Assembly (NCBI GenBank): GCA_001600815.1
Contig: BCKZ01000011.1
Location: 537,622 to 601,621, forward strand
Length of the DNA stretch: 64,000 nucleotides
Reading direction: 5' to 3'
Source of the DNA: Alloascoidea hylecoeti
Taxonomy: Eukaryota
This document shows, one piece after another, positions 1-13,933 of the stretch; position 1 is the stretch's first letter, and every line of letters begins with the position of its first letter. The notes beneath the pieces are model-generated. The model was given only the letters and a program-made list of their open reading frames with translations, had not been told where the DNA came from and ran no database searches. The position numbers and the translations under genes were made by a program.

Positions 1-1974
1 ACTTCTTGAAGCAATGTTAATCTCATCCAGATCTATCGTCGAGAGTCCCATAGGGCAAACCAAGGCTGAAACAAATTGTGTGGCAGCCATTACTAGATTC
101 TTGTCTTCATCGACCAATGAAATGACAAGTGAATCCAAATGTTCGATATGATTGTGGGTAAGGACTGGTTTCAGATCAAAATCTTCAAAAAATGCATGAG
201 GATAAGGAATGAATGCAAAATAAACATTTATCAGAATTGGAAGGCTGATCACATCAGAATTATTTGTTGAACTAGACCTTCTAGATAAATTGCTACTTAA
301 AAGTCTTGATTTTAAGAGCAAACGGGATTGTTTGAAAATCATATTCCTTAGAATCCGACCATTGCTTTTCATATACGCAAGATATGTCTTTCTATATCCA
401 GGAACAGCAGCAAGTGCTCTCAATCCGGTTGCTATATAGCAAACTATTGACGGCTCAACATCAGAACTTTCCAGAAGTTTATGTAAATCGTTAAAGAGAA
501 ACTCTGGTTGTACAATTGAAGTTGATATAAAAAATCCAGTATATAGATGGATAACAGAAGGAGACATATCATTAGTATATTTGTAAAAAGCCGGTTTCAC
601 ATCTTCCCTGATAGAAAGACTAAATTTCACAATGGGATTTTCAGGTTCATAATCGAATAGTACAGCCCCGGCAGTAGAGATGATAGAGATACAATTTAAT
701 TTCCAGTCACCAACCCTTTGACTGCGCAATTGAGTTCTGAGAATTTCCAGAAGCTTAAGCTTTTTAGAATTTGAAAATCTTCTTATTACAGCTGATTTAG
801 ACGATGTATAAAAACTAAACACATTAGGTGTTAAACATAATAGCGTTGTTAAAAATCTCATCATTATCCCCTGATACTGAGTGTCCTCAATTGCAGCATA
901 CATGTAGTCAAAAAAAGCGTTTGCTTTGACTGAAAGTGGTGAAGTTTCGTTAGTAACAGTTTTATAAAACTCATCTGACCTTGCTATTGTCCAATATTCC
1001 ATACTCTCCGACCAAAAATAGATTATTAAGGCTTGATGTAAAGGACTTCTAATATCTTTGAACAAGCTCCTCATCTCTTTGAACACTGTCAATATCGAGT
1101 TCTCATGGAGGTAAATCATAGATAGTAAATCAATATCCGATGAAATTTCATTACCATCCGAAATTTTCAAGGTTTTATACTTTGAGACACGAGAAGTCAA
1201 GATAGAAGAAGATGCTAACCAATTAGAAGCTGTCAAAAATCGAACGACCATACTACAGTATTCATCAATTTCGTCGATCAGCTCTTTGTTAGGATGCCCA
1301 TCTAATCCAGTATAAGGTTGAACTCCCCCATTTGAAATCAAAACCATTGCATCGGAAATCGTCACTTCAGACCTTAAAGTGAGCATCTGATTCAAAAGTT
1401 CCAAGACTATGATATCATCAATGATTGGTGGAAGAACTGTATGATATTTTAAAAATGGCTTGATATAGCCAAATTGACCAAATGTAATTGGAATTCGTCC
1501 TCGTCTAACAGGCTTTTCCTCATAATGATCCCAATTCGCTTCTGTGCATCCAGTAATGAGTTTTGTTATAACAACGAGTGATCTGAGAGAGTGAATATTT
1601 CTATTTTTGGTTGGTTCAAATTGATCTCTCTAGAATATAATGCACTTGTTAGAATAATCTGTTTTAATACGTTTCAAATAAAAAAACTTACCTGAGAAAT
1701 TTGGTTCAAAAGAGTGTTGAATCCGAAAAGAACTTGAGCAATGGTTTGGGATTTAGAGAGCTTCAAAAGAGACTCTCTTGTCGATACAAATATTTTATCG
1801 GTCTCTGTATCTTCAACGGTTTTACCGGTTTCGATTGGCAACTAATATATGGTTTTTTGGTTAGTCTTTATCTTCGATGTGCTCGGTAAATATTATACTC
1901 ACGACTTTCAATAATCTAGAGACCATCGTTGGAACAGCAGACAGTGTATTTATTTCATGACTACCGACTGTCAT
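1..1974 (-). CDS. IRA2: Neurofibromin-like Ras GTPase-activating protein (Ira1/Ira2 family), 5' part. Exons 1974-1903, 1841-1692, 1629-<1; runs off the window.
   Basis: Absent from the ORF track. Two phase-0 introns: 1902-1842 (GTGAGT..GACTAAC..TAG) and 1691-1630 (GTAAGT..TCTAAC..TAG). Spliced product MTVGSHEINTLSAVPTMVSRLLKVLPIETGKTVEDTETDKIFVSTRESLL...SLVVITKLITGCTEANW...HTVLPP...ASNW resembles the Ira1/Ira2 N-terminus. Confidence 0.85.
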
Positions 1975-3104
1975 ATTGATTAGTTTTCGAGTGAATTTGG
2001 ATATAAATGATAATTATTCGTTACGGAGCGTTAGTGTTATACAAATTGAAATATAATTATTATCATTATAAGCTTCCGTAAAAGGAAGAATGAATGAATT
2101 GATGTCAAACTTAAAAATTAGAGAATACCATATACAAATTATAAAACTATATTGCTCTTTAGCTTCTAAAATAGAAATAACCTTTTCACACGAATAAAAT
2201 AGGGACAACTAATAAAGTCACATATATGGTGCTCTCGTCTGTATAATATGTATGCATACAGATTAACAACTTAACTTTATGATCGGGTGTTATAAAGCTA
2301 GCCGTTTCCTTTGATTTAAAATGGTGGTTGATAAATGCGCATTTTGGGCTTTATACCAAATCTTCAAGCTCTCACTATTCGCAACGGCTAACTTTACATA
2401 TTTAAAGTCTCAATAAATTAAAACTTCTGAAGTAATAAGAAAACCCCGTTAACAGATATGCATGTATATGCATAATACTAGTTAGGTTACACGTTTATTA
2501 TGTATAAGGTTTCTGAATTTTGATATTGACCAAATAAAACATTTCTGTCGCAAAACTGTAGATCTAAAGTTTATATAGAATAAACAGTAGATGATCTTAT
2601 TCGTTCACGAATTGCATTTGATGCATACCATCTCTGTAGATACATTATACAAATCTAAAACAATTTATTCTCAATTAAAGATTAAGATAACGTTGAATTC
2701 TAGATACCCATGAACTCACGTAAACTCTAAATATTTCACTGGGGAAAACTACTATTTACCGTTATTTTTACTGGAATTTATTCCTATTTTTATGTTCTAT
2801 CGATTTAAGCTTCCTCACTAAAAATGATTCACATTTAAAATTTCACAGTAATTTTATCTTTTTTTTTGTAAAATCAAACTTATACTTTAACAAATAATTG
2901 TTTAGCTACCTATCTAGTAGCTAAATGAAATCTGTGGATATCAAATTATTTTGCTACTTTATATACCGGTATAGTATATATATGGGCGGTTAGTGAAATT
3001 CGGTTATTTCACGCCATAGCTTTATATACATAATTTGCCTTTTATAATCAGAGGCACTAGTTATATATATACAGGAATTTGTTTCATTAAGAAATGCGTA
3101 TTTC

Positions 3105-3300
3105 TTGATAAACTTTATTTAAGAATTTCTTATTGAAACTTTAACCATTTTTGTCAATTCGAAGTATGAGTGACTCAGCTGGCACCAGAGCAAAAGTATT
3201 GTATTATCTCATCTATTTGGCCGGAGCATGTCATACCTATGGAGAAGCTGCTAGAATAGTTGGTATAATATGAAGTGCATATTGCTTCATTACAAAACCG
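3105..3300 (+). mobile_element. Tc1/mariner transposon relic (5' region and HTH N-terminus)
   Basis: Aligns by eye with 60432-60600 (cttgataaactttatttaagaatttcttattgaa vs cttgatgaactttatttgagaatatctcatcgaa). Encodes MSDSAGTRAKV...HTYGEAARIVG*. Confidence 0.7.
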
Positions 3301-3796
3301 CTGGAACGATATAGCAGGTGTCAAAGTAAGATTGTTTAAGAAAGATGGCATGTGCAGCGTATCAATCTGTAAAAGAAAAATAGATTTTTCAACTTAGAAT
3401 TAGTTTCCTGGAATTAGTTTCCTGTGGTGGGCCTGTGATATTAATAGGCTTTCTCAGTAGAATGAGGCTTCCACTATTTGAATACTATTTAATCAGTTGA
3501 TATTGCTATAAGATCACTATATTTCAATAATTCTTATTAAATTAATGATATGTTTTCCAGAATGAAACAACGCTGTGCCGTAACACCAGTCAACCTACTG
3601 TATCAACATCAATTATGATATCATATATGACACTCCACCCTAAATTTTAAACTATAACACAAGCATCTAAACATTTCCGTGTGGAAAGGTAGAATGACTC
3701 TCAAGTATGATTCATCGTTATCAGGCTGAAACGAAAAGATTGAGACCTGAAATTTTGAAAACGGTTAGTCCAAAAGGGATCTCGGGGTTGATATTT

Positions 3797-3820
3797 TGAA
3801 TGGCTGAATGGCTGAATGGC
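3797..3820. repeat. (TGAATGGC)x3 tandem repeat
   Basis: Three perfect 8-mer copies. Confidence 0.9.
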
Positions 3821-4499
3821 CTTCAATGTCCTGGAGAAACAGTTTTTCTTTTCTCTTTTTAACCTTACATTTCAGAGAGGATGAAATCTTATTAATGAAC
3901 GAAGAGGTTTGTACAGTTATCTATTTTTTTTAACTTTATCTCAGAAGGAAATCTTATTTAACTAACGAAGTCTCACTATACTCGATGATTAGTAATAAAC
4001 TTTTTTTAAACAAAGCTACTCGATCTGGTAGGCAAAATTAATATCTTTTTTAAACTTTACTGCAATATAGTATATCACCTAAAAAGAATTGGTGTTATAT
4101 TGATTGTTATAATAACTAAAGAAAACTATATTCAAACTATGTAGAACTAAAACTAAAGGGAAATGTGAAGATATTTTATACCAAAAGATGAGACATACAA
4201 GTGTACTGTGGAAGGTAGTTTCTAACTTGATAACATTGCAGTAGATAAAGGATCTACTAATCAAGTATTATAAGTCATTTCCTCAACTATAATACATTTA
4301 CATATGATCTCCAATTAAAATTTCTATTTATAAAGTAATTAAGTGAAGAAACCACTCATAGAGTAAAAACTTTTGCGTTGTCATATTTGAACTTTTATAT
4401 TTCTTTTTTGGGGGGACACCCTCAATTAAATCCTTCGCGAGAAATTTATTTCCTATTTGAACGTTAAATCTTGTTGACAAGAAAATATATTAAAAAAAA

Positions 4500-4844
4500 T
4501 GTAACAATAACGTTTACCCTCTCTTTCTTTTGTTCTTATTATTATGCCCTGCCGTTATGCACTTTATGCCATTATGCCTTGCTGTTATATACTATCCATG
4601 CCACCGCTGTTATGCCACACACCTCTATAGCTAGATAATCTTCATGATCACATTCGCTATTCCATAAAAATTGAGAAGAAGATGTGGAAGATGCGAAATT
4701 GATATTAGTCATATTCTAAGGTATATTGAAGATATATTAAAGGTTATGTAGAATTATAAATGAGCGGCAATATAGGGCATAATGAAATAGTCATAACAGT
4801 AGAAATTCTTGTTGAATATAAGATGTCACGAAGAAAGTCTTACA
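4500..4844. mobile_element. Candidate solo LTR (345 bp) immediately upstream of the tRNA gene
   Basis: Termini TGTAA...TTACA, LTR-like size, internal degenerate TTATGCC repeats, ends 13 nt before the tRNA. The target-site duplication is imperfect (AAAAA/CAAGA). Confidence 0.5.
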
Positions 4845-4857
4845 CAAGACAGGAATT

Positions 4858-4931
4858 GGTCTCTTGGCCCAGTTGGTTAAGGCACCGTGCTAATAACGCG
4901 GGGATCAGCAGTTCGATCCTGCTAGAGACCA
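4858..4931 (+). tRNA. tRNA-Ile (anticodon AAT), intronless
   Basis: Acceptor GGTCTCT/AGAGACC+A, D-arm GCCCAGTTGGTTAAGGC, anticodon arm CCGTG-CTAATAA-CGCGG, T-arm AGCAG-TTCGATC-CTGCT. Confidence 0.97.
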
Positions 4932-4935
4932 TTGC

Positions 4936-4946
4936 TTTTCTTTTTT
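4936..4946 (+). terminator. Pol III oligo-T terminator of tRNA-Ile
   Basis: TTTTCTTTTTT directly after the tRNA. Confidence 0.8.
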
Positions 4947-5062
4947 GCTCATTAAAAATGATCTGATTACGTAATAAATCCATAAAACCTTTGCCACTCC
5001 ACCCCTTGCTTTGATTTTCAATTACACTTTCCCATCTTATATTATAACTCCTTCTTTCAGAC

Positions 5063-8000
5063 ATGTCCGCTGATACTACAATTAACAAATCGAATCCTCA
5101 AGTCGATATTGATGAGTCTTTATACTCTCGTCAATTGTATGTTCTTGGCAAAGAAGCCATGCTTCGAATGGCTAATTCAAATGTGTTAATTATTGGTCTT
5201 AAAGGCCTTGGTGTTGAAATCGCCAAAAATGTTGCATTGGCTGGCGTTAAATCTCTTGTTCTTCATGATGATTCCAAAACTGTTTTATCGGATCTTTCAA
5301 CTCAATTCTTTTTAACTGAAAATGATATTGGAAAATCAAGAGCGAAAGCAACCGCACCAAAATTGGCTGAATTAAATCAATATGTTCCAATTTCAGTACT
5401 CGATGGTGATTTAACAACGGATAAGTTATCTAATTTTCAGGTTATTGTTGTAACTGAAGCTTCCCTCGAACAACAAATTATTATAAATAATTTTACTCAT
5501 GAAAATAATATTGGTTTTATCTCAACTGATGTTAAAGGTTTATTTGGATCAATCTTTGTTGATCTTGGGGAATCTTTTACTGTTGTAGATCAAACCGGTG
5601 AGGAACCACAGACAGGTATAGTTTCAGATATTGATGAAGAAGGTATTGTTACTGTTTTGGATGAAACAAGACATGGCCTTGAAGATGGTGATTATGTTAA
5701 ATTTACTGAAGTTGAAGGTATCTCAATTCTAAATAGTGGTGAACCTTTTAAAGTTAGTGTTTCGGGTCCCTATACTTTTTCAATTGGTTCTTTGAAAGGT
5801 AAAGGGAATTATATCAAAGGTGGTATTTTCACACAGGTTAAAGTACCCAAAACATTGAAGTTTAGACCTTTAAGAGAAGAACTTCAAGATCCAACTTATT
5901 TGATTTCAGATTTTGCAAAGTTCAATAGACCACCACAGCTTCATCTTGGGTTCCAAGCTTTACAACAGTTTAAAGTTAAATATGAAAGATTTCCTTTCCC
6001 TCATAATGAATCTGAATCAAATGAAATTTTACATCTAGTTCGAAATCTATCTGAACAATTTCCATCTATCTTGAATGATGAAACAATTGATGAAAAATTA
6101 ATAAAAGAATTATCTTATCAAGCTCAAGGTGATTTACCGCCCATGACTGCTTTTTTCGGTGGTTTAGCAGCTCAAGAAGTTTTAAAAGCTTGTTCAGGTA
6201 AATTCGGACCAATTCAACAATTTTTTTACTTTGATTCTTTAGAGTCATTACCAGATGATATTATTAGAACTGAAGAGACATGTGCTCCAATTAGATCTAG
6301 ATATGATTCTCAGATTGCTGTATTTGGGAAAGAATTTCATGACAAAATTAGAAATTTAAAGGTATTTTTAGTCGGTTCTGGTGCCATCGGTTGTGAAATG
6401 TTAAAAAATTGGTCATTAATGGGTTTGGGCAGTGGTCCAAACGGTAAAATTATCGTGACCGATAATGATTCCATTGAAAAAAGTAATTTAAATCGTCAAT
6501 TTTTATTTAGATCAAAGGATGTTGGCCAACAAAAATCCCAGGTTGCTGCCATTGCCGTTGCAACGATGAATCCTGATTTAAAGAATAAAATTGAACCAAG
6601 AACTGAAAAAGTTGGTCCAGAAACTGAAGATATTTTTGATGATCAATTTTGGGAAGGTTTGGATTTTACTGTTAATGCTTTGGATAATGTTGAAGCAAGA
6701 ACTTATATTGATAGAAAATGTGTTTTTTATAAGAAAGCATTACTTGAAAGTGGTACCTTAGGTACAAAAGGTAATACACAAGTTATTATACCAGATCTTA
6801 CGGAAAGTTACTCTTCATCTCAAGATCCACCAGAGAAGGGAATTCCATTATGCACTTTAAGAAGTTTCCCTAATAAAATAGATCATACAATTGCTTGGGC
6901 TAAAAGTTTATTCCAAGGTTATTTCACCGATTCACCAGAAAATGCTAATTTATATTTAACACAACCTAATTATCTTGAAACAACATTAAAACAAGCCGGT
7001 GATCAAAAAGCAACTTTAGAATCAATTAAATCATATCTTATTGATGATCGTCCAAAGAATTTTGAAGATTGTATTGCTTGGGCAAGAATTGAATTTGAAA
7101 AGAAATTTAATCATGATATTCAACAATTGCTTTATAATTTTCCAAAAGATGCTGTTACATCAACTGGTACACCATTTTGGTCTGGACCAAAAAGAGCTCC
7201 AACTCCTTTAATTTTTGATATTAATAACCAAAATCATTTTGATTTTGTTGTTGGTGGAGCACATCTAAGAGCCTTTAATTATGGAATTGATACAACGAAT
7301 AAAGATAGCTTGGATGTATATAAAAGAGTTTTAAAGAATTTATTAATTCCATCATTTTCACCAAAGGCTGGCTTTAAAATTCAAGCTAATGAGAATGAAC
7401 CTGATCCAGCTGCACAAATTGATTTTGATCATGATGAAATTGAAACTTTGATTAAATCGATTCCTTCATCTTCACGATTAACAAATTATAATTTACAGCC
7501 TGTTGACTTTGAAAAAGATGATGATTCCAATCATCATATTGAATTTATAAATTCTGCTTCAAATTGTAGAGCATTAAATTATAATATAGATACTGCTGAT
7601 AAACAAAAGACGAAATTTATAGCAGGTAGAATCATTCCAGCTATTGCAACAACAACGGCGCTTGTTACAGGTCTTATTGGATTTGAATTATATAAAGTTG
7701 TTGACAATAAAAAGGATATTGAAGCTTATAAGAATGGGTTCGTTAATTTGGCATTACCATTTTTTGGGTTTTCTGAACCAATTAAATCAACTGATCTTAA
7801 ATACAACAATAAATCATTTGATAAGATTTGGGGAAGATTTGAACTTTATGGTAACATAACATTGAGAGAGTTAATAAAACATTTCAAAGAAAATGAAGGA
7901 TTAGAAGTTTCAATGCTTTCATATGATGTTTCATTATTATATGCTTCATTTTTCGCAATGAAGAAACAAAAAGAAAGACTAGATTTAAAACTCACTGATT

Positions 8001-8131
8001 TGGTTAATTTAGTTGCTAAAAAACCCATCCCGGCATATCAAAATACACTTATTTTAGAGATTTGTGCTGATGATGAAAATGATGAAGATGTTGAATTCCT
8101 CCCTTATGTTGTTGTTCACTTGAAGAAATAG
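5063..8131 (+). CDS. UBA1: Ubiquitin-activating enzyme E1
   Basis: 1022 aa; [31 protein letters not shown], catalytic [21 protein letters not shown]. Confidence 0.98.
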   Translation: MSADTTINKSNPQVDIDESLYSRQLYVLGKEAMLRMANSNVLIIGLKGLGVEIAKNVALAGVKSLVLHDDSKTVLSDLSTQFFLTENDIGKSRAKATAPKLAELNQYVPISVLDGDLTTDKLSNFQVIVVTEASLEQQIIINNFTHENNIGFISTDVKGLFGSIFVDLGESFTVVDQTGEEPQTGIVSDIDEEGIVTVLDETRHGLEDGDYVKFTEVEGISILNSGEPFKVSVSGPYTFSIGSLKGKGNYIKGGIFTQVKVPKTLKFRPLREELQDPTYLISDFAKFNRPPQLHLGFQALQQFKVKYERFPFPHNESESNEILHLVRNLSEQFPSILNDETIDEKLIKELSYQAQGDLPPMTAFFGGLAAQEVLKACSGKFGPIQQFFYFDSLESLPDDIIRTEETCAPIRSRYDSQIAVFGKEFHDKIRNLKVFLVGSGAIGCEMLKNWSLMGLGSGPNGKIIVTDNDSIEKSNLNRQFLFRSKDVGQQKSQVAAIAVATMNPDLKNKIEPRTEKVGPETEDIFDDQFWEGLDFTVNALDNVEARTYIDRKCVFYKKALLESGTLGTKGNTQVIIPDLTESYSSSQDPPEKGIPLCTLRSFPNKIDHTIAWAKSLFQGYFTDSPENANLYLTQPNYLETTLKQAGDQKATLESIKSYLIDDRPKNFEDCIAWARIEFEKKFNHDIQQLLYNFPKDAVTSTGTPFWSGPKRAPTPLIFDINNQNHFDFVVGGAHLRAFNYGIDTTNKDSLDVYKRVLKNLLIPSFSPKAGFKIQANENEPDPAAQIDFDHDEIETLIKSIPSSSRLTNYNLQPVDFEKDDDSNHHIEFINSASNCRALNYNIDTADKQKTKFIAGRIIPAIATTTALVTGLIGFELYKVVDNKKDIEAYKNGFVNLALPFFGFSEPIKSTDLKYNNKSFDKIWGRFELYGNITLRELIKHFKENEGLEVSMLSYDVSLLYASFFAMKKQKERLDLKLTDLVNLVAKKPIPAYQNTLILEICADDENDEDVEFLPYVVVHLKK

Positions 8132-9122
8132 ATATACATTTTATAAATATTATCGTTGGTTTTTTTCTTATGTTACCTCTATTTTTGCTAATTTACTCCC
8201 TTATAAATTGTTTGATGATGAAATTTATATACTATAGTTATCAGTGTTGTATAAGAGTTCAAGTATCCTACCTACGAAATACTATGAACCTTCATATAAA
8301 TATCAAAATTCATGTTTGCATCTCAACATAAAAATTTTTAAGTAGATATCTAGAATTTGATGCACTTTCTACCTGGGATTTCAGTTTATATTATTCTTAA
8401 TATACTATTATACATATACCGTACAATTTTTTCTATTGCCCAATTGTTAACTACCATATGTATGATTATAAGTAATATATTAATAATTAATATTCAAGCT
8501 ATCATGATCAGTTCAAAATGCAAATGAAATTGGCTGCTGAGTAACAAACATTTTCGCTTTCTTTATACAAAACTACAGAAATGCTGAATTGTTAGAAAGT
8601 GTTAGCTATACTGCTTAGAGTACCAACAAAAGCGCAACTTAAGACTGGTCACTGAACCCAGCTGTATGCACAATCTTATTCCATTAACAGAAGTCTTGCA
8701 TTTTTAAGCTTCATTTGTCTAATATTTTATAATAATACCATACCGTTCAATGATTGAAAACCTGTTCAAAAATGCAATTTTTGTAATTTTTGTAATTCTT
8801 GAATGTGAATCTCGGCCGTCTCTTTTTAACTCTCTTTTTAACTCATTGATAACCACAAAACGGTCTAAATAAGCTTTTAAATTTTTTTAATTAATTGATG
8901 CTAATAGAAAATACAATTCTTAATTAACTATTTATTTGTAAGCTCTGAGTAGAAAATACTTATTATTAATATGTGTTTAGACGGTTGTTAAAAAGCGTTA
9001 ATTTTTATCATTAATAAGCAAACGATTCGGCATATGCAAGCCTTATTTATATACAGTTGAGTAATAATTACTTAAACTAAGTTGTTAGAGTCACTTCCTT
9101 TACCATAGCGCTGATCAGTATT

Positions 9123-10583
9123 ATGAGTTTGATAACTCCTTCTCCCAAAAATGAACAACCACAGACATTAGATGACTCTGGAGCATTAGGTTCTAATGAT
9201 CAAGAGAATCATATTGCATTAATATCAAGAGCAATTCAACAATCAGCCGCATCGGGAATAGATAATAAAAAGATTATCAACACACCATTTGAACAATTAA
9301 CAATAGAAGAACCAGTACCGGATGCAACATCTTCCCTCTTGTATGGTCTTGATGATGTTGAAGCATTCCCAGATGGTGGTTGGAGGGCTTGGTTGGTTGT
9401 TCTAGGTTCATTTATGGGTCTTATTGCAACTTTTGGATTTATTAATTCTATTGGTGCTTTACAAGCATATGTTCAAGGAAATCAACTAAAAGCATTTTCT
9501 TCCTCAAATATCGGATGGATTTTTTCAGTTTATATGTTCATGGCCTACTTTGGAGGTGTTTTTGTAGGTCCGATATTTGATGCATATGGAGTCAATACAT
9601 TATGTTTAATTGGATCTAGTGTTTATTGTTTTTCATTAATGATGGTGAGCCTTTGCACTGAATATTATCAATTCATGCTAGCCTTAGGAATTGGCTGTGG
9701 GATTGGATCTTCTTTACTCATTACACCCATGATCTCTATAGTTAGTCATTGGTTCTTGCGATATCGAGGCAGGGCATTGGGTGCGGCAACTGTTGGGGGA
9801 TCAATTGGAGGGGTTGTATTTCCAATTATGTTGAGAGCATTGTACGCGAAAGTTGGATTCCCATGGGCAGTAAGAATATTAGGTTTTATTTGTTTCTTCT
9901 GTATAATCTGTTCAATTGCTTTAATGAAAGGAAGATTACCAAGAAAATCATTAAAAGTAAATGAACTTTTAACCAAAACCATTGATATAGCTGCTTTGAA
10001 GGATTCAAAATATATGCTCACTGTGGTAGCAGTTTTATTTAGTGAGATAGGTTTGGTTAATGTACTAACATATTTAGCATCATATGGTTTAGCACATGGA
10101 ATGTCAACGTCTGAATCTTATCTTTTATTATCAATAATGAATGCTTGTGGTGTTTTAGGAAGATGGGGCCCAGGTTATATATCTGATAAGATTGGAAGGT
10201 TTAATACCATGTTAATCTCAACTGCATACTTAGCCATTTTAACATTTGGGATGTGGCTTCCATTTGGTCATAAAAAATCAGTTCTATTTGCATTTTCGGG
10301 ATTATATGGGTTTGGTTCTGGGGGTGTGCTAACACTTACTCCTACTTGTTGTGGGCAAGTGTGTCGAACAGAGGATTTTGGTAAAAGATATGGAACCATG
10401 CAGTTTGTATTATCCTTTTCCAACTTGATAGATATTCCCATTGCTGGTGCTTTGATCGGTTCCAATGGAGAACACTATGATCGATTTGTTATTTTCAATG
10501 GGCTTCTAGCTGTTGCTGGAATTATCGGTTGGATAGCTGCCCGATATGTCTGCATTGGAAATAGATTTTGGTATAGGTTTTAA
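9123..10583 (+). CDS. MFS monocarboxylate-transporter homolog (Mch4/Mch5-like)
   Basis: 486 aa; PDGGWRAWLVVLG motif, about 12 hydrophobic segments, SDKIGRFN. Confidence 0.92.
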   Translation: MSLITPSPKNEQPQTLDDSGALGSNDQENHIALISRAIQQSAASGIDNKKIINTPFEQLTIEEPVPDATSSLLYGLDDVEAFPDGGWRAWLVVLGSFMGLIATFGFINSIGALQAYVQGNQLKAFSSSNIGWIFSVYMFMAYFGGVFVGPIFDAYGVNTLCLIGSSVYCFSLMMVSLCTEYYQFMLALGIGCGIGSSLLITPMISIVSHWFLRYRGRALGAATVGGSIGGVVFPIMLRALYAKVGFPWAVRILGFICFFCIICSIALMKGRLPRKSLKVNELLTKTIDIAALKDSKYMLTVVAVLFSEIGLVNVLTYLASYGLAHGMSTSESYLLLSIMNACGVLGRWGPGYISDKIGRFNTMLISTAYLAILTFGMWLPFGHKKSVLFAFSGLYGFGSGGVLTLTPTCCGQVCRTEDFGKRYGTMQFVLSFSNLIDIPIAGALIGSNGEHYDRFVIFNGLLAVAGIIGWIAARYVCIGNRFWYRF

Positions 10584-11392
10584 GTGCTAGCATAACATTA
10601 AATATATTGTAATGTCAAATTTCACATTCCAAATATAACTGTATGAGCAAGGTTACGACAGACGCATGGTCTGCTATTGGAGATAAGTGTAGGAGTAAGT
10701 AATAGATCTAGAGACTTAAAGATATATAACTGTTAAAATTAAAGGTTTTTACAGTAAACGAATTATATAGCGAATAATATAAGGTAAAACTGGGAAAGTT
10801 GAGATTTGTTATAATTGAAAAATTGATTGCAGATAATAAGTACAGTATTTCTACTCTGAATTCGGTACTTTGAGTCTATCAATAAGCCAATATTCGACAG
10901 CATAACGGTGAATGGAAACGTCATGATTGCCATGTTTCCATGTTCATGATATATTAACTATGTTAGTATATATATCCTTCATCTTGCCCGGGTGAACGTT
11001 TTAGCAAGACAATGATACTTTTGATAACAGAATCGGCTAAAATTATACATACGTATCGAATTCGAATTATGTTGCATCGTAGTAGGTATTAGATGGATGA
11101 TAAATATAAGTTACATCTCTACTAAAAGTGTGCTAACTAGTTAAATAGGGGGAATTGGAATCTCGTGTCGAGGACTTGGATAAACCCATACACCCTGGAT
11201 TACCTAATTAGGAGCACTAGTTTTTATCACATCAATCACAGGGGAATGGCTTCCAGTGGAAGATATGTTTTCGAATGATGATCAGTCATATTTACACCAC
11301 TCAGCAATTGCGAAATGGCAGATCTCATCTGATAATCTAATGATATAGATTTGACTCAAAAGGATTGTTTTTGATTAATTACACACCCACAC

Positions 11393-11400
11393 TCACGTGA
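11393..11400. promoter_or_regulatory. Palindromic E-box TCACGTGA (Cbf1-type) upstream of MOG1; TGACTCA at 11352-11358
   Basis: Exact motif about 130 bp upstream of the ATG and just before a poly-T tract; function inferred. Confidence 0.45.
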
Positions 11401-11525
11401 TGCCTTTTTTTTTTTTTCCCTTTAAAACTTCTTATTCAAATATAAAATCAAAATATTATAAATCAAACAAATTAAATTATATTCACAAATTTTTGGCAAT
11501 TTTCATTTTTATTGATCCACATAAC

Positions 11526-12320
11526 ATGTCATTAAACAAAAAAGAATTTTATGGTGGTGCAATAACTGGTAGTTTACCTTCATTTTTCATTGATGCAAGT
11601 CAATTCCGTGAGATTCCTGATACACAAGAAGTTTTTGTTATTAATGATGATCCACCAAGTATTTTAAAATCTCATAATAATAATGAAGATAATAAATCAG
11701 TTATACCGATTAGGATTGATAAAAATGATTCATTAATTATTGATATTATGGAAAGAGTTGATGTTAATAATGATGTAGAATCTGTAAAAGTTCATTTTGA
11801 AGATATTGCGATTAAAAATGATGTTGAAGGAGAATGGAATATTTTAAAATTAGATAAAGTGAAAGTACCATCATTAGAGTATGCATATATTACCAACATT
11901 ATTATAATATGACTTATTAATTAAATTATTAACTTTTGTTCTTTCTTTAGAAATGTTCCTGTTTATATTGCAACAGGATTAGAACCATCACGAAAATGGG
12001 GACGTGATTATAAATCAAATTCAAACCCACCAAAAGGATCAGAATTACAACCAGAACTTGTTTTAATATTAGTTGTTATAAGGTTAAAGAAATATGAAAC
12101 TGATATATTAATTAGTTATAATATACCTTTTATAACTCAAGAATCATTAAAAGATTTGATGAAATTAAAATTAAGAGAACAAAATGAAAATAATAATAAT
12201 AATAATAATGAACTTGATATTGAATATTTGGCTTCAAAAAGAATATCGAGTGCTACTAAAATTATTAGTAAATTATTAGATTCATTTAAAATTGAGGATT
12301 ATGGATTATTTGGAGTATGA
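11526..12320 (+). CDS. MOG1: Ran guanine-nucleotide release factor Mog1; exons 11526-11878, 11951-12320 (240 aa)
   Basis: FYGGAITGSLPSFFIDASQFREIPDTQEVFV. Intron GTATGC..TATTAAC..TAG restores the frame to KWGR...IRLKKYETDILISYNIP...SFKIEDYGLFGV*. Confidence 0.92.
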
Positions 12321-13688
12321 TTCTATAATGTTACTGTGGATTATATTTATATTTTCTTTAAAACTCTTATATAGTATGTCTAATATTTGTTACCTATTTT
12401 TTGTTAAAATAACAGTACATAATAAGATTACTGAGTTTTGTTTTACACATTCTTCTATTTGTTTTCAACTCAAAGTTGGAAAGTTTTTACTTCTCATCCT
12501 GTTATTGATCGTATGCCGGAATAAAGAGCTTTATACCGGAGATGATTAAAAATTAAGTTTTTCTATATGTGTGTCCAGGAAGACTGGTGTTTGCAAGCAA
12601 TACTAGAGGAAAACAAGCTTAAGCTCATACAAGATCTCATCAAATAAATATGAATCGAGAGATTTTCATCTGAAACTTAACCTTTTTAAGACCGGAATAG
12701 CTAAAAACAAACAATATACAGAGATTAACAAACAGTTTAATTAGATACACCTAGAGGTCTTTAAAAACAGAAACAAAAACAAAAAATTTGAAAGGTATAA
12801 TTATAAATGCTCAATGAAAATGCAGTACTTCATGATGGCATGTGTGAAGAGGAAAAGTTATTAGACTAAAGATAAATACGATCAAAAGAAGATGTAGAAG
12901 GTATCCTTCAATTTTGAATTGAGAACAGAGGGAACTTATGAAAAATTTCATCAGAGAATCTATTATATAGAATATCTAATGGTTGTTTTAGTAAAAAATA
13001 AGTTGTAAATCTTGGGTTTACTCTTAAAGATATTGATATCGATTGCTATTTTTAGCTATAAATAATTGTGATTCATCCCTTTGATCCGATTAATAGTAAT
13101 ATTGGTACTAGTAATACCCTTTCCCTCTTCTCCTCAAAACTAAACATCCCACAGATCGAAATACACGGTGACGGCACTAATAATGTTGCCGTCTGAGGAG
13201 AATCGGAGGATGATAATCATATTGTTCACTTATCCTATCACTCATGGTCATACCATAATTATGGATAAATCTGTGGTTGTTATATACAAATTGATTAACT
13301 TAAAGTTCCAAAAATAGAAGTCTCATTCATGAATCATTATGGTTTATGATGCATATGGCATCATTGAAATTCGTCGTTTGTTTGTAATCAAGAATGTTAC
13401 CAAGGTTAATAATATCAAATGAATTGACAACTGAAATTGAAATGATGAATAATTATAAAATATAGGCACATATAATACAATGAATTATGAATGATATGAT
13501 AATGATAAAATTAGTAAAACATCCGTACACCTATAGTTATTGAATTCACATTCTCTTTTTGTTTTGACTTTGACAAGTATTCTTTTCTTCTCATTACGTT
13601 TACATCAACAACAACAACAACAAATTACCAACTAGATTTGTTTAATATATATATATATATATATATATTAGAGTAAATTAATTTAAAG

Positions 13689-13882
13689 ATGAAATTTGGA
13701 AGAAGGTCAAAACAATTATTAATAATTTTAATTTCAATTTCAATAATTTTATTTTTAATTATAAAAAGTATAACTCGATTAAATAATAATATAAAATTTG
13801 AAGAAGTTTTAAATGGATTAAAAACAAATTTAAATTCACAATTAGATTCAAATTTACAAACAAATTTACAAAATATTCTTGC

Positions 13883-13933
<51 letters not shown>

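Noticed and set aside
11275..11332. ATGATGA...CTGA box C/D snoRNA-like pair
   Set aside because: Short, no terminal stem and no recognisable rRNA guide.
12560..13110. Purine-rich stretch resembling decayed coding sequence (similar at 19640-19860 and 50380-50960)
   Set aside because: No identifiable motif by eye; needs BLASTX.
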